This document shows positions 42,013-52,117 of a stretch of 64,000 bases of DNA, in pieces; the stretch's first letter is position 1, and each line of letters begins with the position of its first letter. This stretch comes from an uncultured Acidobacteriota bacterium (GTDB taxonomy: Bacteria; Acidobacteriota; Vicinamibacteria; Fen-336), in assembly GCA_963720545.1 (NCBI GenBank), contig OY970399.1, forward strand, positions 3,488,001 to 3,552,000, read 5' to 3'. Below the pieces are notes generated by a model. It did no database searches. It was not told where the DNA came from and saw only the letters and a list, made by a program, of their open reading frames with translations. A program made the translations under genes and the position numbers.

Positions 42013-43002
42013 CTACTTGTTCAACACCCTCTTCGGGAACTTGGCGACGACCGTGTGGTTGGGATCGACGACGTTGGCGACGCGCACCACGCCGGCCTGC
42101 GACACGACCTGGTACGCCTCCATCTTGTCGAAGCCGTAATCGGCGACCAGCCACTCGATGAGTTCGACGTACGCGATGCGTAGCGCGTCGAGCGTGGGCC
42201 GGATGCTTGCGGCGACCATCATGTAGTCGTTGTTCTCGATCCGCGGCCAGCGGATCTTCCGGCCTTTCTGCAGCTCGAACTGAAACGTGACGTCGGCGGT
42301 CGATTCGAGGCCCGAGCCGACAATTTCGCCGTCGCCTTGCAGAGCATGAAAGTCGCCAAAGTAGAAGAGGCCGCCATCGTGAAACACGGGCAGGTACACC
42401 GTAGCGCCTTCGCAAACGTCGGAGGCGTCGAGGTTGCCGCCGAAATCACCGGGCCACAGCCCGCCCCAGGCTTCCTCACCGGCCGGCGCCACCGCCACGC
42501 GTCCGAGCATCCCGTGGAGCGGCAGCTCGACGCGCTTGATGGCGGACTTCGGCGTTTCGAGGATGCCGACCATCCGCTGGCGGTCGAGTTTCCAGACGAA
42601 GCGTCGCGCCGGCAGTGGATCATTGAGCATACGAGTGCGGTTGTCGGCCGCCACGCCGCTGATGCCATTGGGCGTGACATTCGAGATAGCAGTGTCCCGA
42701 TTCGGCGCCAGCTTGAGAATGCGCACCACCAGAGTGTCTCCAGGTGCCGCGCCCTCGATGAAGAAGGGACCCACCTCGCCCGGCCACGGTCCGGCCGTGT
42801 CGGCGTCGTAGTAGTCGCCAGCCTTGGAGAAGGTCTGCGTCACCACGGTATCTCCCGGCTTCACGCGCAACACGGGCTCACGCACGGTGAACGTCTGCAC
42901 ACCGGCTGTCGCCTTGAAGGTGTGTTGCTCGCACACCGCCGCTTGCGGAAACGCCAGCCCGACGAACGCGACCACCCACACGCGGCTAGCAGCTGTCTTC
43001 AT
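42013..43002 (-). CDS. Acetamidase/formamidase family protein (signal peptide)
   Basis: GPFFIEGAAPGDTL, FGGNLD, GDFHALQGDGE. Confidence 0.9.
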   Translation of the reverse strand: MKTAASRVWVVAFVGLAFPQAAVCEQHTFKATAGVQTFTVREPVLRVKPGDTVVTQTFSKAGDYYDADTAGPWPGEVGPFFIEGAAPGDTLVVRILKLAPNRDTAISNVTPNGISGVAADNRTRMLNDPLPARRFVWKLDRQRMVGILETPKSAIKRVELPLHGMLGRVAVAPAGEEAWGGLWPGDFGGNLDASDVCEGATVYLPVFHDGGLFYFGDFHALQGDGEIVGSGLESTADVTFQFELQKGRKIRWPRIENNDYMMVAASIRPTLDALRIAYVELIEWLVADYGFDKMEAYQVVSQAGVVRVANVVDPNHTVVAKFPKRVLNK

Positions 43003-43029
43003 GAAGTCTCCCTCGCTACTTGACCCGCG

Positions 43030-43776
43030 CTATGCCTCATTGTGCATGACCTCATTCCACAGCACGCGCTTCCAGCGCGGGTATGAGGCTGGCTGGTATT
43101 CGAATCGGCCGACAGCGCAATTTCGGATCTTCTCGGACTTGTAGAGCTCGACGACGCCGTCCTCGTCAAGCCGCTGCAGGTGAAACGCGAACGTCACGAT
43201 CGTCACGGCGTGCGACACGATCAGGACGTGCGCTCCGTGGCGATTCGGCTGGAACAGCTTGCCGAGAAACATGTAGGTGCGCTGGCAAACGTCCGCCCAG
43301 CTGTCGCCATTGTCGGGGCGTGTATAGAACTTGCCGGAGTTCTTGCGATGCGCCTCGAAGCGCGCGGTCGCCGCCTCGAAGTGCGGGGCCGTTTCGTCGA
43401 GCGCGTTGACGACGTCGGCGTAGCCGAAGTCCTGCTCGCGCAGTAGGATGTCGCGCCGCCCTTCTGGCTCGCCCAGCCGCTCCCGCCAAGCCGGTGGAAA
43501 CCCCGAGATCAGGCCCTCCTTGGTTTCAACGGTTCGCTTGTAGGGACTGAAGTACGCATAGTCAAAACCGCCTGGAATCCGTTGCGCCAGGGCGGTTCCG
43601 GTCGCGCGTGCCTGACGACGTCCAAGCTCAGTCAGCGGCACCTTGTGGTTGGGTGTTCCGCGTAAAGAAGCCGGAACGGCATGCACAGATTCGGGATCAT
43701 GCAGGTTCGATTCCGACTGGCCATGGCGAACCAGCGTGATGGACGCCGGCCGGTACTGACTCGCCTGAACTTCCAT
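43030..43776 (-). CDS. Histidine phosphatase (phosphoglycerate mutase family)
   Basis: LVRHGQSESN, LTELGRRQA, SPYKRT, LREQDFG, VSH. Confidence 0.92.
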   Translation of the reverse strand: MEVQASQYRPASITLVRHGQSESNLHDPESVHAVPASLRGTPNHKVPLTELGRRQARATGTALAQRIPGGFDYAYFSPYKRTVETKEGLISGFPPAWRERLGEPEGRRDILLREQDFGYADVVNALDETAPHFEAATARFEAHRKNSGKFYTRPDNGDSWADVCQRTYMFLGKLFQPNRHGAHVLIVSHAVTIVTFAFHLQRLDEDGVVELYKSEKIRNCAVGRFEYQPASYPRWKRVLWNEVMHNEA

Positions 43777-43963
43777 TTCCGAGAGCTCTCTGCCGCCAGA
43801 CTATAGCTCCCTGCGCCGCTCGGAACGTTCGGTCCAGTTACGTCAGCGGCGGGGCATGAGGTTGAGCGCCAGCGTTCCGTTCGACTTCGTGAATTGCAAG
43901 TGTGGCCAGACCCTTGAAGCACATTTGCTGGCGTCCTCGCTAGAACTCGCTGACGTCACACTA

Positions 43964-45010
43964 TTAAGCCCGGTGGCGACGGGAAAAAAGTGGTGACGGG
44001 GGAGAGTGAGATTGGAGCCGGCGTGAGTTCTCTCCGACGACGGCGTACATCGCGCCAGGAATAATGATCAGCGACAGTGGCACCAGAAAATGACGCGTCT
44101 CCGCCGGAGTCGAGATCAGGAACTGGGTCAGGGTCCATATCGGCACCATGGTTGCTCCAAGGAGTTTCAACTCGAAGGGCCAGCGGCGCCAGCTCATGAT
44201 TGCAAGCACCGGCATCACGGTGAAGGTTGCTATGAAACGCCACCACGTGCGGGGCATCGTGAGGTTGTCGCGGAGCGCAACCCACCCCAATGCGGAGCCG
44301 GATGCGGTATGAGGGCCACCGTAGCCTAGATACCAGCGAAGGGTCAGCAGGATCGCGATGTGCAGGAGCAGAGCAACGAAACCGACAACTATCGCTCGAC
44401 GGCGATGCTCCCGCACCGAGACTAGTCCGAACACGCACAGAAACGCGGGCACCAGAATGCTGGTTTCACGGTTTAAGGCTCCAAGAATTGACAGTGGGAT
44501 TATCGCGAGATACCAACCGTCCACGAGGAGCAAACCGGCCGTTAGGTAGACGATCGCATCTCCATAAGTGTTGAAGGACAGGTCGCTGTTGTAGAACATT
44601 TGTCCCATCGACCATGCGAGGCAACTCAAGGCGAGCAAGATCCGCGAGTCGGACAATCCAAGCCGCCGGTACCAAGCGGTGGCCAACAAAAATATTGCGA
44701 TGTTTTGAACCACGCGAACTCCCCAGAAGCCCGTGACGTAGGGGTCCTTCGCACCAATCACGTCACGCGAGACCCTGACGGCTCCGGAAGCGACCCATTC
44801 CGAAAGCACCCTGTAGCGCCAAGGGTTCGGTGCCTTGCCTTTCATGACTTGGCTGTGGCGAAATACTTGAACGTCCATCGGTGTGACGAGAAACTGCGCA
44901 CGAACCAACATCGTTCCCAAGCCTGCTGCCAAGAAGAAGTACAAAACCCGACGAAGCCACCTCGTGCGCCTACTGTCGTTCTCGGCTAGGCCAGCCTTAG
45001 TTGGGAGCAT
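43964..45010 (-). CDS. Polytopic membrane protein, possibly GT-C-like
   Basis: About 9 hydrophobic segments, PWRYRVL, LNRETS, ETRHF; atypical codon usage. Confidence 0.65.
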   Translation of the reverse strand: MLPTKAGLAENDSRRTRWLRRVLYFFLAAGLGTMLVRAQFLVTPMDVQVFRHSQVMKGKAPNPWRYRVLSEWVASGAVRVSRDVIGAKDPYVTGFWGVRVVQNIAIFLLATAWYRRLGLSDSRILLALSCLAWSMGQMFYNSDLSFNTYGDAIVYLTAGLLLVDGWYLAIIPLSILGALNRETSILVPAFLCVFGLVSVREHRRRAIVVGFVALLLHIAILLTLRWYLGYGGPHTASGSALGWVALRDNLTMPRTWWRFIATFTVMPVLAIMSWRRWPFELKLLGATMVPIWTLTQFLISTPAETRHFLVPLSLIIIPGAMYAVVGENSRRLQSHSPPSPLFSRRHRA

Positions 45011-46004
45011 CGCACCTAGAACAGCTGCCGTGCCACCGAACTTGCTGGGGCGTGCATGCAGCGCGCGCGTTCCACGGATCGGTGGCCCACGCCTTCCTGG
45101 GCTGTTCGGTACCCGATCCGAAACCGCGATATGAACACTTTCCAGGTGCGACTAATATGCCGGTTTCATCGCATTCAATGCCTATTCCGTCGCCGTCGGC
45201 GTCCGAACCAGTAACGCCGAGGATTACGCGGCAGTGAGGGGCGGAGCACACTAGTCCCGACCCCTGGCCTACTTTGCAGACGGGAGCACTATTGACGCCC
45301 GTGAAATCCTTGCTTGCCGACGCAGCCGCGCCGTGTGAGTCAGTAACGGTCACCTGTGCCGAGTAAGTTCCAAGCGTGGTAACAATACACGTTGATGTTT
45401 GATCAGCCCCTGAAGCGCAGCCGAGCCAGCGGTAAGCGATGGGATCTCGATCTGGATCGCTCGCACTGGCACTGATTGCGAGGGTGCACGGGCTGGTTGG
45501 TGTTGGGTGGCAAGCGACTTCGCTGGAATTGATCTCGACTTTGGGTGCTTCATTGTGCGTAGGCGCGGCCGTGGGCTCTGGCGTGGGCTTGGGGGTCGGC
45601 GGCTTGCCGCCCGTAGTTCGGTCGACGCTGATCTTTGCTGTACCCGTCACGGTCGCGTTCTTCGTGTCACTGACGATCACGCTGATGGTGTCGGTGCCGG
45701 CCGTGCCGTTGTTCAGGTACTGCGCGCGGCCCGGCTGGCTCGAATCGGGGATTGCGAATACGCCGTGCGTCGCGTGGAACGTATAGAAGAGACGATCGTC
45801 TTCAGGATCTCGCGCGGTCACCACTACCATCGCCGATCCCCCGGGGGTTATTGCATTGGGCTCGACACTGACACCCTGAATGGCCGGTGAACGATTTCCC
45901 GCTGGCCCGGTCGGCAGTGTCGCGCCACCGCCACAGGCGAATGCGGTCGCCAATGCAAACCCGACAAGCCACACGAACGCACAGCGTCTGAGCTCCTGAG
46001 CCAT
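44997..46004 (-). CDS. Putative lipoprotein with tandem Ig/PKD-like domains
   Basis: Lipobox AFA-C-GGG; N.AP...DPE/DGD.L.Y.W...VTVTD..G repeats; Cys-rich C-terminus. Confidence 0.7.
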   Translation of the reverse strand: MAQELRRCAFVWLVGFALATAFACGGGATLPTGPAGNRSPAIQGVSVEPNAITPGGSAMVVVTARDPEDDRLFYTFHATHGVFAIPDSSQPGRAQYLNNGTAGTDTISVIVSDTKNATVTGTAKISVDRTTGGKPPTPKPTPEPTAAPTHNEAPKVEINSSEVACHPTPTSPCTLAISASASDPDRDPIAYRWLGCASGADQTSTCIVTTLGTYSAQVTVTDSHGAAASASKDFTGVNSAPVCKVGQGSGLVCSAPHCRVILGVTGSDADGDGIGIECDETGILVAPGKCSYRGFGSGTEQPRKAWATDPWNARAACTPQQVRWHGSCSRCDAPN

Positions 46005-46247
46005 TTTTCGCCTGCCTTCCATCCGGGACTCCCAGATTTCGTCTGGGTCGCCAAAACCGCGCCTATTGTAAGCACGTAACGATCGCAAGCCACGTGCCGC
46101 GCAGTCGTCTGCGAGCGCGCCTGGATAAGGGCGTGGGTAAGCGTCCTGGTTTCAGTTGATTACGGGCTATTCTCGCTCGATTCGCGCACCGCGGCGCCTC
46201 GACCGACGCCACAGAACTGCTGGGCGGCACGCGTCCACGCCCATCAT

Positions 46248-47183
46248 CTACTGCATCCAGAGCTTGTGGCTTCTCCAGATGAACGTCTGCACGTCGATGA
46301 AGTCGACGGCTCCATGGGGGCGAAGCCGGGTGAGCAGGTCGTTGCCCAGAGTCATCAGGCGTTCGTACGTCTGCCACTGCGGCCGAGTCTCGTAGAGCAG
46401 GTCATAGTTGAGGCCGGCGGCGATCGCCTGCGTTGCCATCGGCTTGAGGAACATCACCCGCGTCGGTGCGGCGATGAACGGAACGAGTGTGGTGATCGTC
46501 CACTTGTCGACTGCGCTCTTGCCCTTGGCGGTGGGGAGGCTCGCAACCGCGTCAGACAGGTCGTCGAACAAGCCTTCATCGGGATCGGAGTCGATGAACG
46601 CGAAGAGCGCCTCGGCGTAGTGGCCGGTCGAAGGACCATCGGTCAAGCCGTCGTTGAACGCCGCCAGCTCGATCCACGTCGCAAGGTTGATGCTGCCGGC
46701 GATTTCGCCAAGGTGCTCGGCCAGCACATCGGTCTTGCCGGCTTTCAGCAGCGAAGCGCCCTTGCCGTCGCCGAGCAGTTCGACATACAGCGCGTGCGCC
46801 TTGTCTTTGTAGGCGCGCTCCTCCTCGAGATACTTCTTGTCGGCGAAGAGCGCCGGGTACTCGTGCGTGAAGATGGTGAGCGCCTGGTCGAAGGGCAGCG
46901 CCGACGTCGCGTCGGCACCTTCGGCCGTTCCTGCCTTGCGGGCCCGACGTCCCGCACGTGCGGTGCGGGCTTCGAGAATGCGGTCGGCCTGGTCCTCAAG
47001 CGCCACCAGGCCGGCGGTCGCCACGGACATCCTCTTGGTCGCTTCAAGCTCCGGAAGATCGCGAAACAAGACCGTGGCATACGGCCCGTCACGCTTCAGG
47101 ATTTTCCCGGGACCCCAGGACGGCATGCGGGGATTGGTGACGAGGATCCCCGGACCAAGCTCGAGACTTTCACCGTTGGTCAT
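46248..47183 (-). CDS. DUF3553-like SH3 domain fused to helical domain
   Basis: N-term V.NP.MPSWGPGKI...TVLF; C-term EERAYK...FLKP...DFIDVQTFIW. Confidence 0.7.
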   Translation of the reverse strand: MTNGESLELGPGILVTNPRMPSWGPGKILKRDGPYATVLFRDLPELEATKRMSVATAGLVALEDQADRILEARTARAGRRARKAGTAEGADATSALPFDQALTIFTHEYPALFADKKYLEEERAYKDKAHALYVELLGDGKGASLLKAGKTDVLAEHLGEIAGSINLATWIELAAFNDGLTDGPSTGHYAEALFAFIDSDPDEGLFDDLSDAVASLPTAKGKSAVDKWTITTLVPFIAAPTRVMFLKPMATQAIAAGLNYDLLYETRPQWQTYERLMTLGNDLLTRLRPHGAVDFIDVQTFIWRSHKLWMQ

Positions 47184-47274
47184 TGATTGGGCACCCCTTG
47201 GAGCCAGTCAAGGATAGCCCGGTACGGGCAGCACGCGTGCCGATGCCCAAAAACACGCCGTATACTGCCCCTCG

Positions 47275-49482
47275 ATGACTCAGGGGCTCTACCTCGGCAA
47301 GGAATACGACCCCGCCACCAAGGCGCTTGGCGACAAGGTGGAGCTGGACCCGGCTGACCTGCTGACGCACGGGCTGATCGTCGGCATGACCGGCTCGGGC
47401 AAGACCGGCCTCGCCATCGCCCTTATAGAAGAGGTGCTGCGCCAGGGCATCAGCGTCCTTGCCATCGACCCGAAGGGCGACCTTGGCAACCTCCTGCTGC
47501 AGTTTCCCGGCCTGAGCAAGGAAGAGTTCGCGCCCTGGATCGACGAGGAGACCGCGAAGCGTGCGGGGCAGACCAAGGACCAGGCCGCGGAGGAAGCGGC
47601 CGCCACCTGGACCAAGGGCCTCGCCGACTGGGGCCTCGGCAAGGACGACATCGCCAAGCTGAAGGCTAGCCACGAAGCCACCATCTACACGCCCGGCTCG
47701 ACCGCGGGCGTGCCGCTCAACATCCTCCAATCACTCGACGCACCGGCGACGAAGTTCGAGGATGCGGCGGAAGATCTGCGCGACGAGATCGCCGGCATCG
47801 TCAGCGGCATTCTCGGCCTGTTGAAGATCGACGCCGATCCGCTGCAGAGCAGGGAGTACATCCTTCTCTCGAACATCATCGAGAACGCATGGCGCAAGGG
47901 CCAGGGCTTGAGCCTCGAGGGGCTCATCACCGCGGTCGCCGATCCGCCTTTCGACAAGGTCGGCGCACTGCCGCTCGAGTCGGTGTTCAAGCGCAAGGAC
48001 CGCCAGGCGCTGATGACCTCGCTCAACAACCTGCTTGCGGCGCCAAGCTTCGAGGTGTGGCGCACCGGCGAGCCGCTGGACATGGAGCGGATGCTGGGTG
48101 GCGACAAGACGCGCTTGTCGGTCGTGTACACCGCTCACCTCTCGGACGAGGAGCGCCTGTTCGTGACGGCGCTGCTGCTCGACAAGGTGAAGACGTGGAT
48201 GCGCCGCCAGGGCGGCACCAGCGAACTGCGCGCCCTCGTCTACATGGACGAGATCTTCGGCTACTTCCCGCCGCACCCAGCGAACCCGCCCACCAAGCGG
48301 CCGCTGTTGACGCTGCTGAAGCAGGCGCGCGCGCAGGGCGTGGGCATCGTGCTCGCAACGCAGAACCCGGTGGACATCGATTACAAGGGCCTGTCGAACA
48401 TGGGCACGTGGATGGTGGGCACGCTGCAGACGGAGCAGGACCGCGCCCGCTTGCGCGAAGGCTTGCTCGGCGCCGGCGTCACCGCCGCCTCGTTGGACAA
48501 GCAACTCGACGCGACAAAGAAGCGAGTCTTCTTCCTGCACGACGTGCATCGCAAGGCAACGTGCCTCCTCAACTCACGCTTTGCAATGTCCTACCTCCGC
48601 GGCCCGTTGACCCGCGACGAGATCCGAGTGCTGACGCAGGCGATCCCCCCGCGTGTTCCCGAGGGTCCCGGTCGTTCTGCGGCGCCGAAGGACCTCGCCT
48701 CCGGCCCCCCCATCCTCCCGTCCCCCTTCACCCACTCCTACTACTCCAAATACGGCGGCCAAGTCGCCGACCCGCACCTCTTTGTAAAGTACGCCGCCGT
48801 CTACAAAGGAGTGCCGGAGATCGTCGCGTGCCGCGCGTACCCCCTCACCGGGGCATCGCCCATGGAGATGCTCGAAGGCACGCCGCTGGATATCGACGAA
48901 GCAAAGCTGTCGGCCACCATGCCGTCTGGTTTGCGTTTCTCCGATTTGCCGCCGTACGTCTCCGAAGGCGGCGCGCGCGCAATCGAGAAGGCCCTTCGCG
49001 ACCGCCTCGACGACAAACTGAGCGTGACGGTCTTCTACGACCCGGTCACCAAGACAACCTCTGCGCCAGGCGAAACCCGCGAAATGTTCGCCGCCGCCAT
49101 TGCCAGCACAGGTGGGGGAGCCAAGACCCAGGCTCTCCGCGACAAGCTGGAAAAGAAGAAGGCCGATCTCGCCCAGAAACAGCAGGAGGTCCAGGGCCGC
49201 AAGAGCGAAAAGTGGATGGCCATCGGCGGTGCCGTCTTGTCGAACGTCGGCATCCTGTTTGGCCGCAAGCGCTCCATCACCCTGGGCGGCGCAAACACGG
49301 CCATGACCAAGAACCGGATGGAGAACACGGCCGAAGCGCAGGTCGAAGGCCTGCAGGCAGAAATCAAAGACCTGGAAGCTCAGTTGGCGACGGGATCCGC
49401 ATCCGATCCGTCGCGCTTCGAAGAAAAGACGATGGCACCGTCCGTCAAATTGCTTCGCTACGACGCGGTCTGGGTCTACTGA
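47275..49482 (+). CDS. HerA/FtsK-superfamily ATPase (DUF853/DUF87-like) with C-terminal coiled coil
   Basis: THGLIVGMTGSGKT, IDPKGD, YMDEIFG, QARAQGVGIVLATQNP. Confidence 0.9.
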   Translation: MTQGLYLGKEYDPATKALGDKVELDPADLLTHGLIVGMTGSGKTGLAIALIEEVLRQGISVLAIDPKGDLGNLLLQFPGLSKEEFAPWIDEETAKRAGQTKDQAAEEAAATWTKGLADWGLGKDDIAKLKASHEATIYTPGSTAGVPLNILQSLDAPATKFEDAAEDLRDEIAGIVSGILGLLKIDADPLQSREYILLSNIIENAWRKGQGLSLEGLITAVADPPFDKVGALPLESVFKRKDRQALMTSLNNLLAAPSFEVWRTGEPLDMERMLGGDKTRLSVVYTAHLSDEERLFVTALLLDKVKTWMRRQGGTSELRALVYMDEIFGYFPPHPANPPTKRPLLTLLKQARAQGVGIVLATQNPVDIDYKGLSNMGTWMVGTLQTEQDRARLREGLLGAGVTAASLDKQLDATKKRVFFLHDVHRKATCLLNSRFAMSYLRGPLTRDEIRVLTQAIPPRVPEGPGRSAAPKDLASGPPILPSPFTHSYYSKYGGQVADPHLFVKYAAVYKGVPEIVACRAYPLTGASPMEMLEGTPLDIDEAKLSATMPSGLRFSDLPPYVSEGGARAIEKALRDRLDDKLSVTVFYDPVTKTTSAPGETREMFAAAIASTGGGAKTQALRDKLEKKKADLAQKQQEVQGRKSEKWMAIGGAVLSNVGILFGRKRSITLGGANTAMTKNRMENTAEAQVEGLQAEIKDLEAQLATGSASDPSRFEEKTMAPSVKLLRYDAVWVY

Positions 49483-49568
49483 CCGCGTCCGATCAGCACT
49501 CAGGCCACGAATGCGAGCCTACGTCGCGGATTGCGCGCGTCGGTGGTGGCGACGAGCGCAGCAGGACG

Positions 49569-51116
49569 TCAATTTGCGAGCTGATAGAGAAACCGCACAA
49601 ACGACAGCGCGGCATCGTCCATGCCGGCGATCTTCGGATCGCTGCTCTCGATCAGGAAGAATTCGTCCGGTGCATGCGCGCCGGTGCCGTAGCCCAAGCC
49701 GAAGCCGCCCGCCGGTAGATTCAGCGGCGGTCCGGTGAAGCGCACACCCGGCCAGGATCCCGCCATCCGGGGATTGATCGACGTGACGATTCCCAGGTCC
49801 TTGTATGTGGCGATCTGTGCCTGGACCAGCTTGCTGTTCTCCTCGGTTTCCGTAGGGTCGTAACCGCCCGTCACGTTGATCTCGATGTCAGTAAAGCCGC
49901 GCTTGTCGAGATGCGCCCGCAGTTTGCGCTTCGCTTCTTCGATCGTCATGTTCGGCACCAGGCGACAGTCGATCTTCGCCACCGCGCGGCCCGGCAGGAT
50001 CGTCTTGCCGCCCGGTCCGGTATAGCCAGCGACGAGCCCTTCGATGTTGATCGTCGGCTCCGCCGCCAGCCGCTCCATTGCCTTGCCGAACGGCAGGTCG
50101 TCGATCCAATGGGAGATGCCCATCTCCTTCATCTCCGCCGCCTCATTCCGGACACCGACGGATTGCGCGATCAGCTCCTTCTGCCTCGCCGTCAGCGGCG
50201 CTACGTGCTCGTACCAGCCGTCCACCGCCGGTTTGTTGCCGTCCGGCGTCACCAGCGTCTGCAGCGCTGCGACCAGGCGCCAGACCGGGCTATCCACGGC
50301 CGCCTTCAAACTCGAGTGCAGGTCCTGGCGCGGCCCGCGGCCCCACTTGGCGCCGCTCGAGACCAGCTCCAGCTCCGCAATGCCCTTCGCGCCAAGCTCG
50401 ACGCTCACGCCACCGGTCGTGTCCTGGCTGGCGGAGGGCAGCATGATGCCCACGGTCTTCTTCAGTGCCGCGAGAATGTTCGCGCGATTGACGATCTCGC
50501 CGAAATGCGGCGAGCCGATTTCTTCCTCTCCTTCCGCCACCAGCACCAGATTGACCGGCAGCTTGCGTCCGGCATCCTGCATCGCATGCAGCGCGGCGAG
50601 CAACGTGGCCTCCGGCCCCTTCTGGTTCACCGCGCCGCGCCCCATGACGATCTTGCCCATGCCGGGCTTGTCGATCAGCCGCGCCTCCAGCGGAGGTGAC
50701 GACCACTCCTTGGGGTCGAACTGTTTCACGTCGTACATGAAGTAGACGCCCAAGGTCTTGGGCGCGCCGGCATCGAGCGTCGCGAACACGCCGGGCATGC
50801 CAGTCGTCGGCACCACTTCGACCTTCTGGAACCCCGCATCGCGCGCGAGCTGCGCCATGTGCTCGGCGCCTTCCTTCGGCGCGCGGTTCTCCGCTGCGAC
50901 CGAGGGCAGGGCAATCCAGTCCTGCAATCGCTTCACCGCCGCGGCGTGGTTCTTGGCAAGAGCCGCCTTCACATCCGCAAGATCATCCGCCGCAAAGGCG
51001 ACCCTGGGCGCCACCATGGCCGTGGCCGCGGCCGCGGCCGCGGCCGCACAGCCAAGCAAGAGTCTGCGGCGGAAAACGCCTGCGAATGCAAATGTCGGCA
51101 TCTGACACTCCCCCAT
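49569..51116 (-). CDS. M20 family metallopeptidase, Tat-like signal
   Basis: FRRRLLL signal; MYDVK, GRGAVNQKG, EGEEEIGS, AHAPDE. Confidence 0.9.
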   Translation of the reverse strand: MGECQMPTFAFAGVFRRRLLLGCAAAAAAAATAMVAPRVAFAADDLADVKAALAKNHAAAVKRLQDWIALPSVAAENRAPKEGAEHMAQLARDAGFQKVEVVPTTGMPGVFATLDAGAPKTLGVYFMYDVKQFDPKEWSSPPLEARLIDKPGMGKIVMGRGAVNQKGPEATLLAALHAMQDAGRKLPVNLVLVAEGEEEIGSPHFGEIVNRANILAALKKTVGIMLPSASQDTTGGVSVELGAKGIAELELVSSGAKWGRGPRQDLHSSLKAAVDSPVWRLVAALQTLVTPDGNKPAVDGWYEHVAPLTARQKELIAQSVGVRNEAAEMKEMGISHWIDDLPFGKAMERLAAEPTINIEGLVAGYTGPGGKTILPGRAVAKIDCRLVPNMTIEEAKRKLRAHLDKRGFTDIEINVTGGYDPTETEENSKLVQAQIATYKDLGIVTSINPRMAGSWPGVRFTGPPLNLPAGGFGLGYGTGAHAPDEFFLIESSDPKIAGMDDAALSFVRFLYQLAN

Positions 51117-51232
51117 GTTTCACGCAAATCGCCTTGTGCGTCGAAGAGTGGAGCGTAAGTGAAAAGGGTGACGTTGGCCAGTGACCGCCCAATGTATCGA
51201 GCGTGAAAGGCGTGAGGAGCTAAGCTCCGCAC

Positions 51233-52117
51233 ATGCAGAAAACACTTCGGATTCTTCCGCTCGTAGCGTTCTGTGCTACCGCCACTGCGGCGGCGGCGCC
51301 TCCTGCCAAGGACAACGCTGCGCACAAAGCGCATGAGGAGTATGTCGCCGCCATCAATTCGAACAACCTCGACACGCTGCTCGGCATGCTCACCGAGGAC
51401 GTTGTGTATATGGCAGCGCATGAGGCGCCCATGGTGGGGAAGGCCGCGGTGAAGCCGTGGGTTGACGGCTATTTCAAGGCGTTCAAGACGCACTGGGAGA
51501 AGCCGGTGCAGGAGTTTGTCGTTATGGACAGCGAATGGGCGTTTGAGCGCTACTCGTACAAGTCGACGGACACGCCCGTCGGCGGTGGTGGCGCCGTGAG
51601 CGATACCGGATGGGGACTCGCGATCTACCATCACGACAAGGACGGCAAGTGGCGGGTGGCGCGGGATTCGTGGGGGCCGGATCACCCGGCGACAGCGGTT
51701 GCGGATGCGATGGGGGGAGCGATGGACGCCGATAAGGTCAAAGACTTCGCGACTCGCTACACCAGTGCGTGGTGCAGCCAGGATCCGGCGCGGGTTGCTT
51801 CCTTCTACTCGGAGAAAGGCTCGCTCAAGATCAACGCCGGCGAGCCTGCCGTCGGGCATGACGCGATCACGGCGTCGGCGCAGGGGTTCATGCGTGCCTT
51901 TCCCGACATGGTTGTTGCGATGGATTCCGTCGGCATCGAGAACGGTCAGATGATCTTTCGCTGGACGCTGACCGGTACCAACACGGGCCCGGGTGGCACG
52001 GGTAAGGCCGTGCGAATGAGCGGCTACGAGGAGTGGACTCTCGGCGCCGACGGCCTCATCGCGCAGTCTCTCGGGCACTACGACGAAGCCGACTACGCGC
52101 GCCAGCTGGGGCGCTGA
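51233..52117 (+). CDS. Tandem NTF2/SnoaL-like domain protein with signal peptide
   Basis: DUF4440-like domain (DGKWRV) followed by SnoaL-like domain (AFPDM...WTLTGT.TG). Confidence 0.8.
   Translation: MQKTLRILPLVAFCATATAAAAPPAKDNAAHKAHEEYVAAINSNNLDTLLGMLTEDVVYMAAHEAPMVGKAAVKPWVDGYFKAFKTHWEKPVQEFVVMDSEWAFERYSYKSTDTPVGGGGAVSDTGWGLAIYHHDKDGKWRVARDSWGPDHPATAVADAMGGAMDADKVKDFATRYTSAWCSQDPARVASFYSEKGSLKINAGEPAVGHDAITASAQGFMRAFPDMVVAMDSVGIENGQMIFRWTLTGTNTGPGGTGKAVRMSGYEEWTLGADGLIAQSLGHYDEADYARQLGR

Noticed and set aside
47275..49482. ATPase as a conjugative VirB4/VirD4 component
   Set aside because: No relaxase or T4SS genes nearby; motifs fit stand-alone HerA-like proteins
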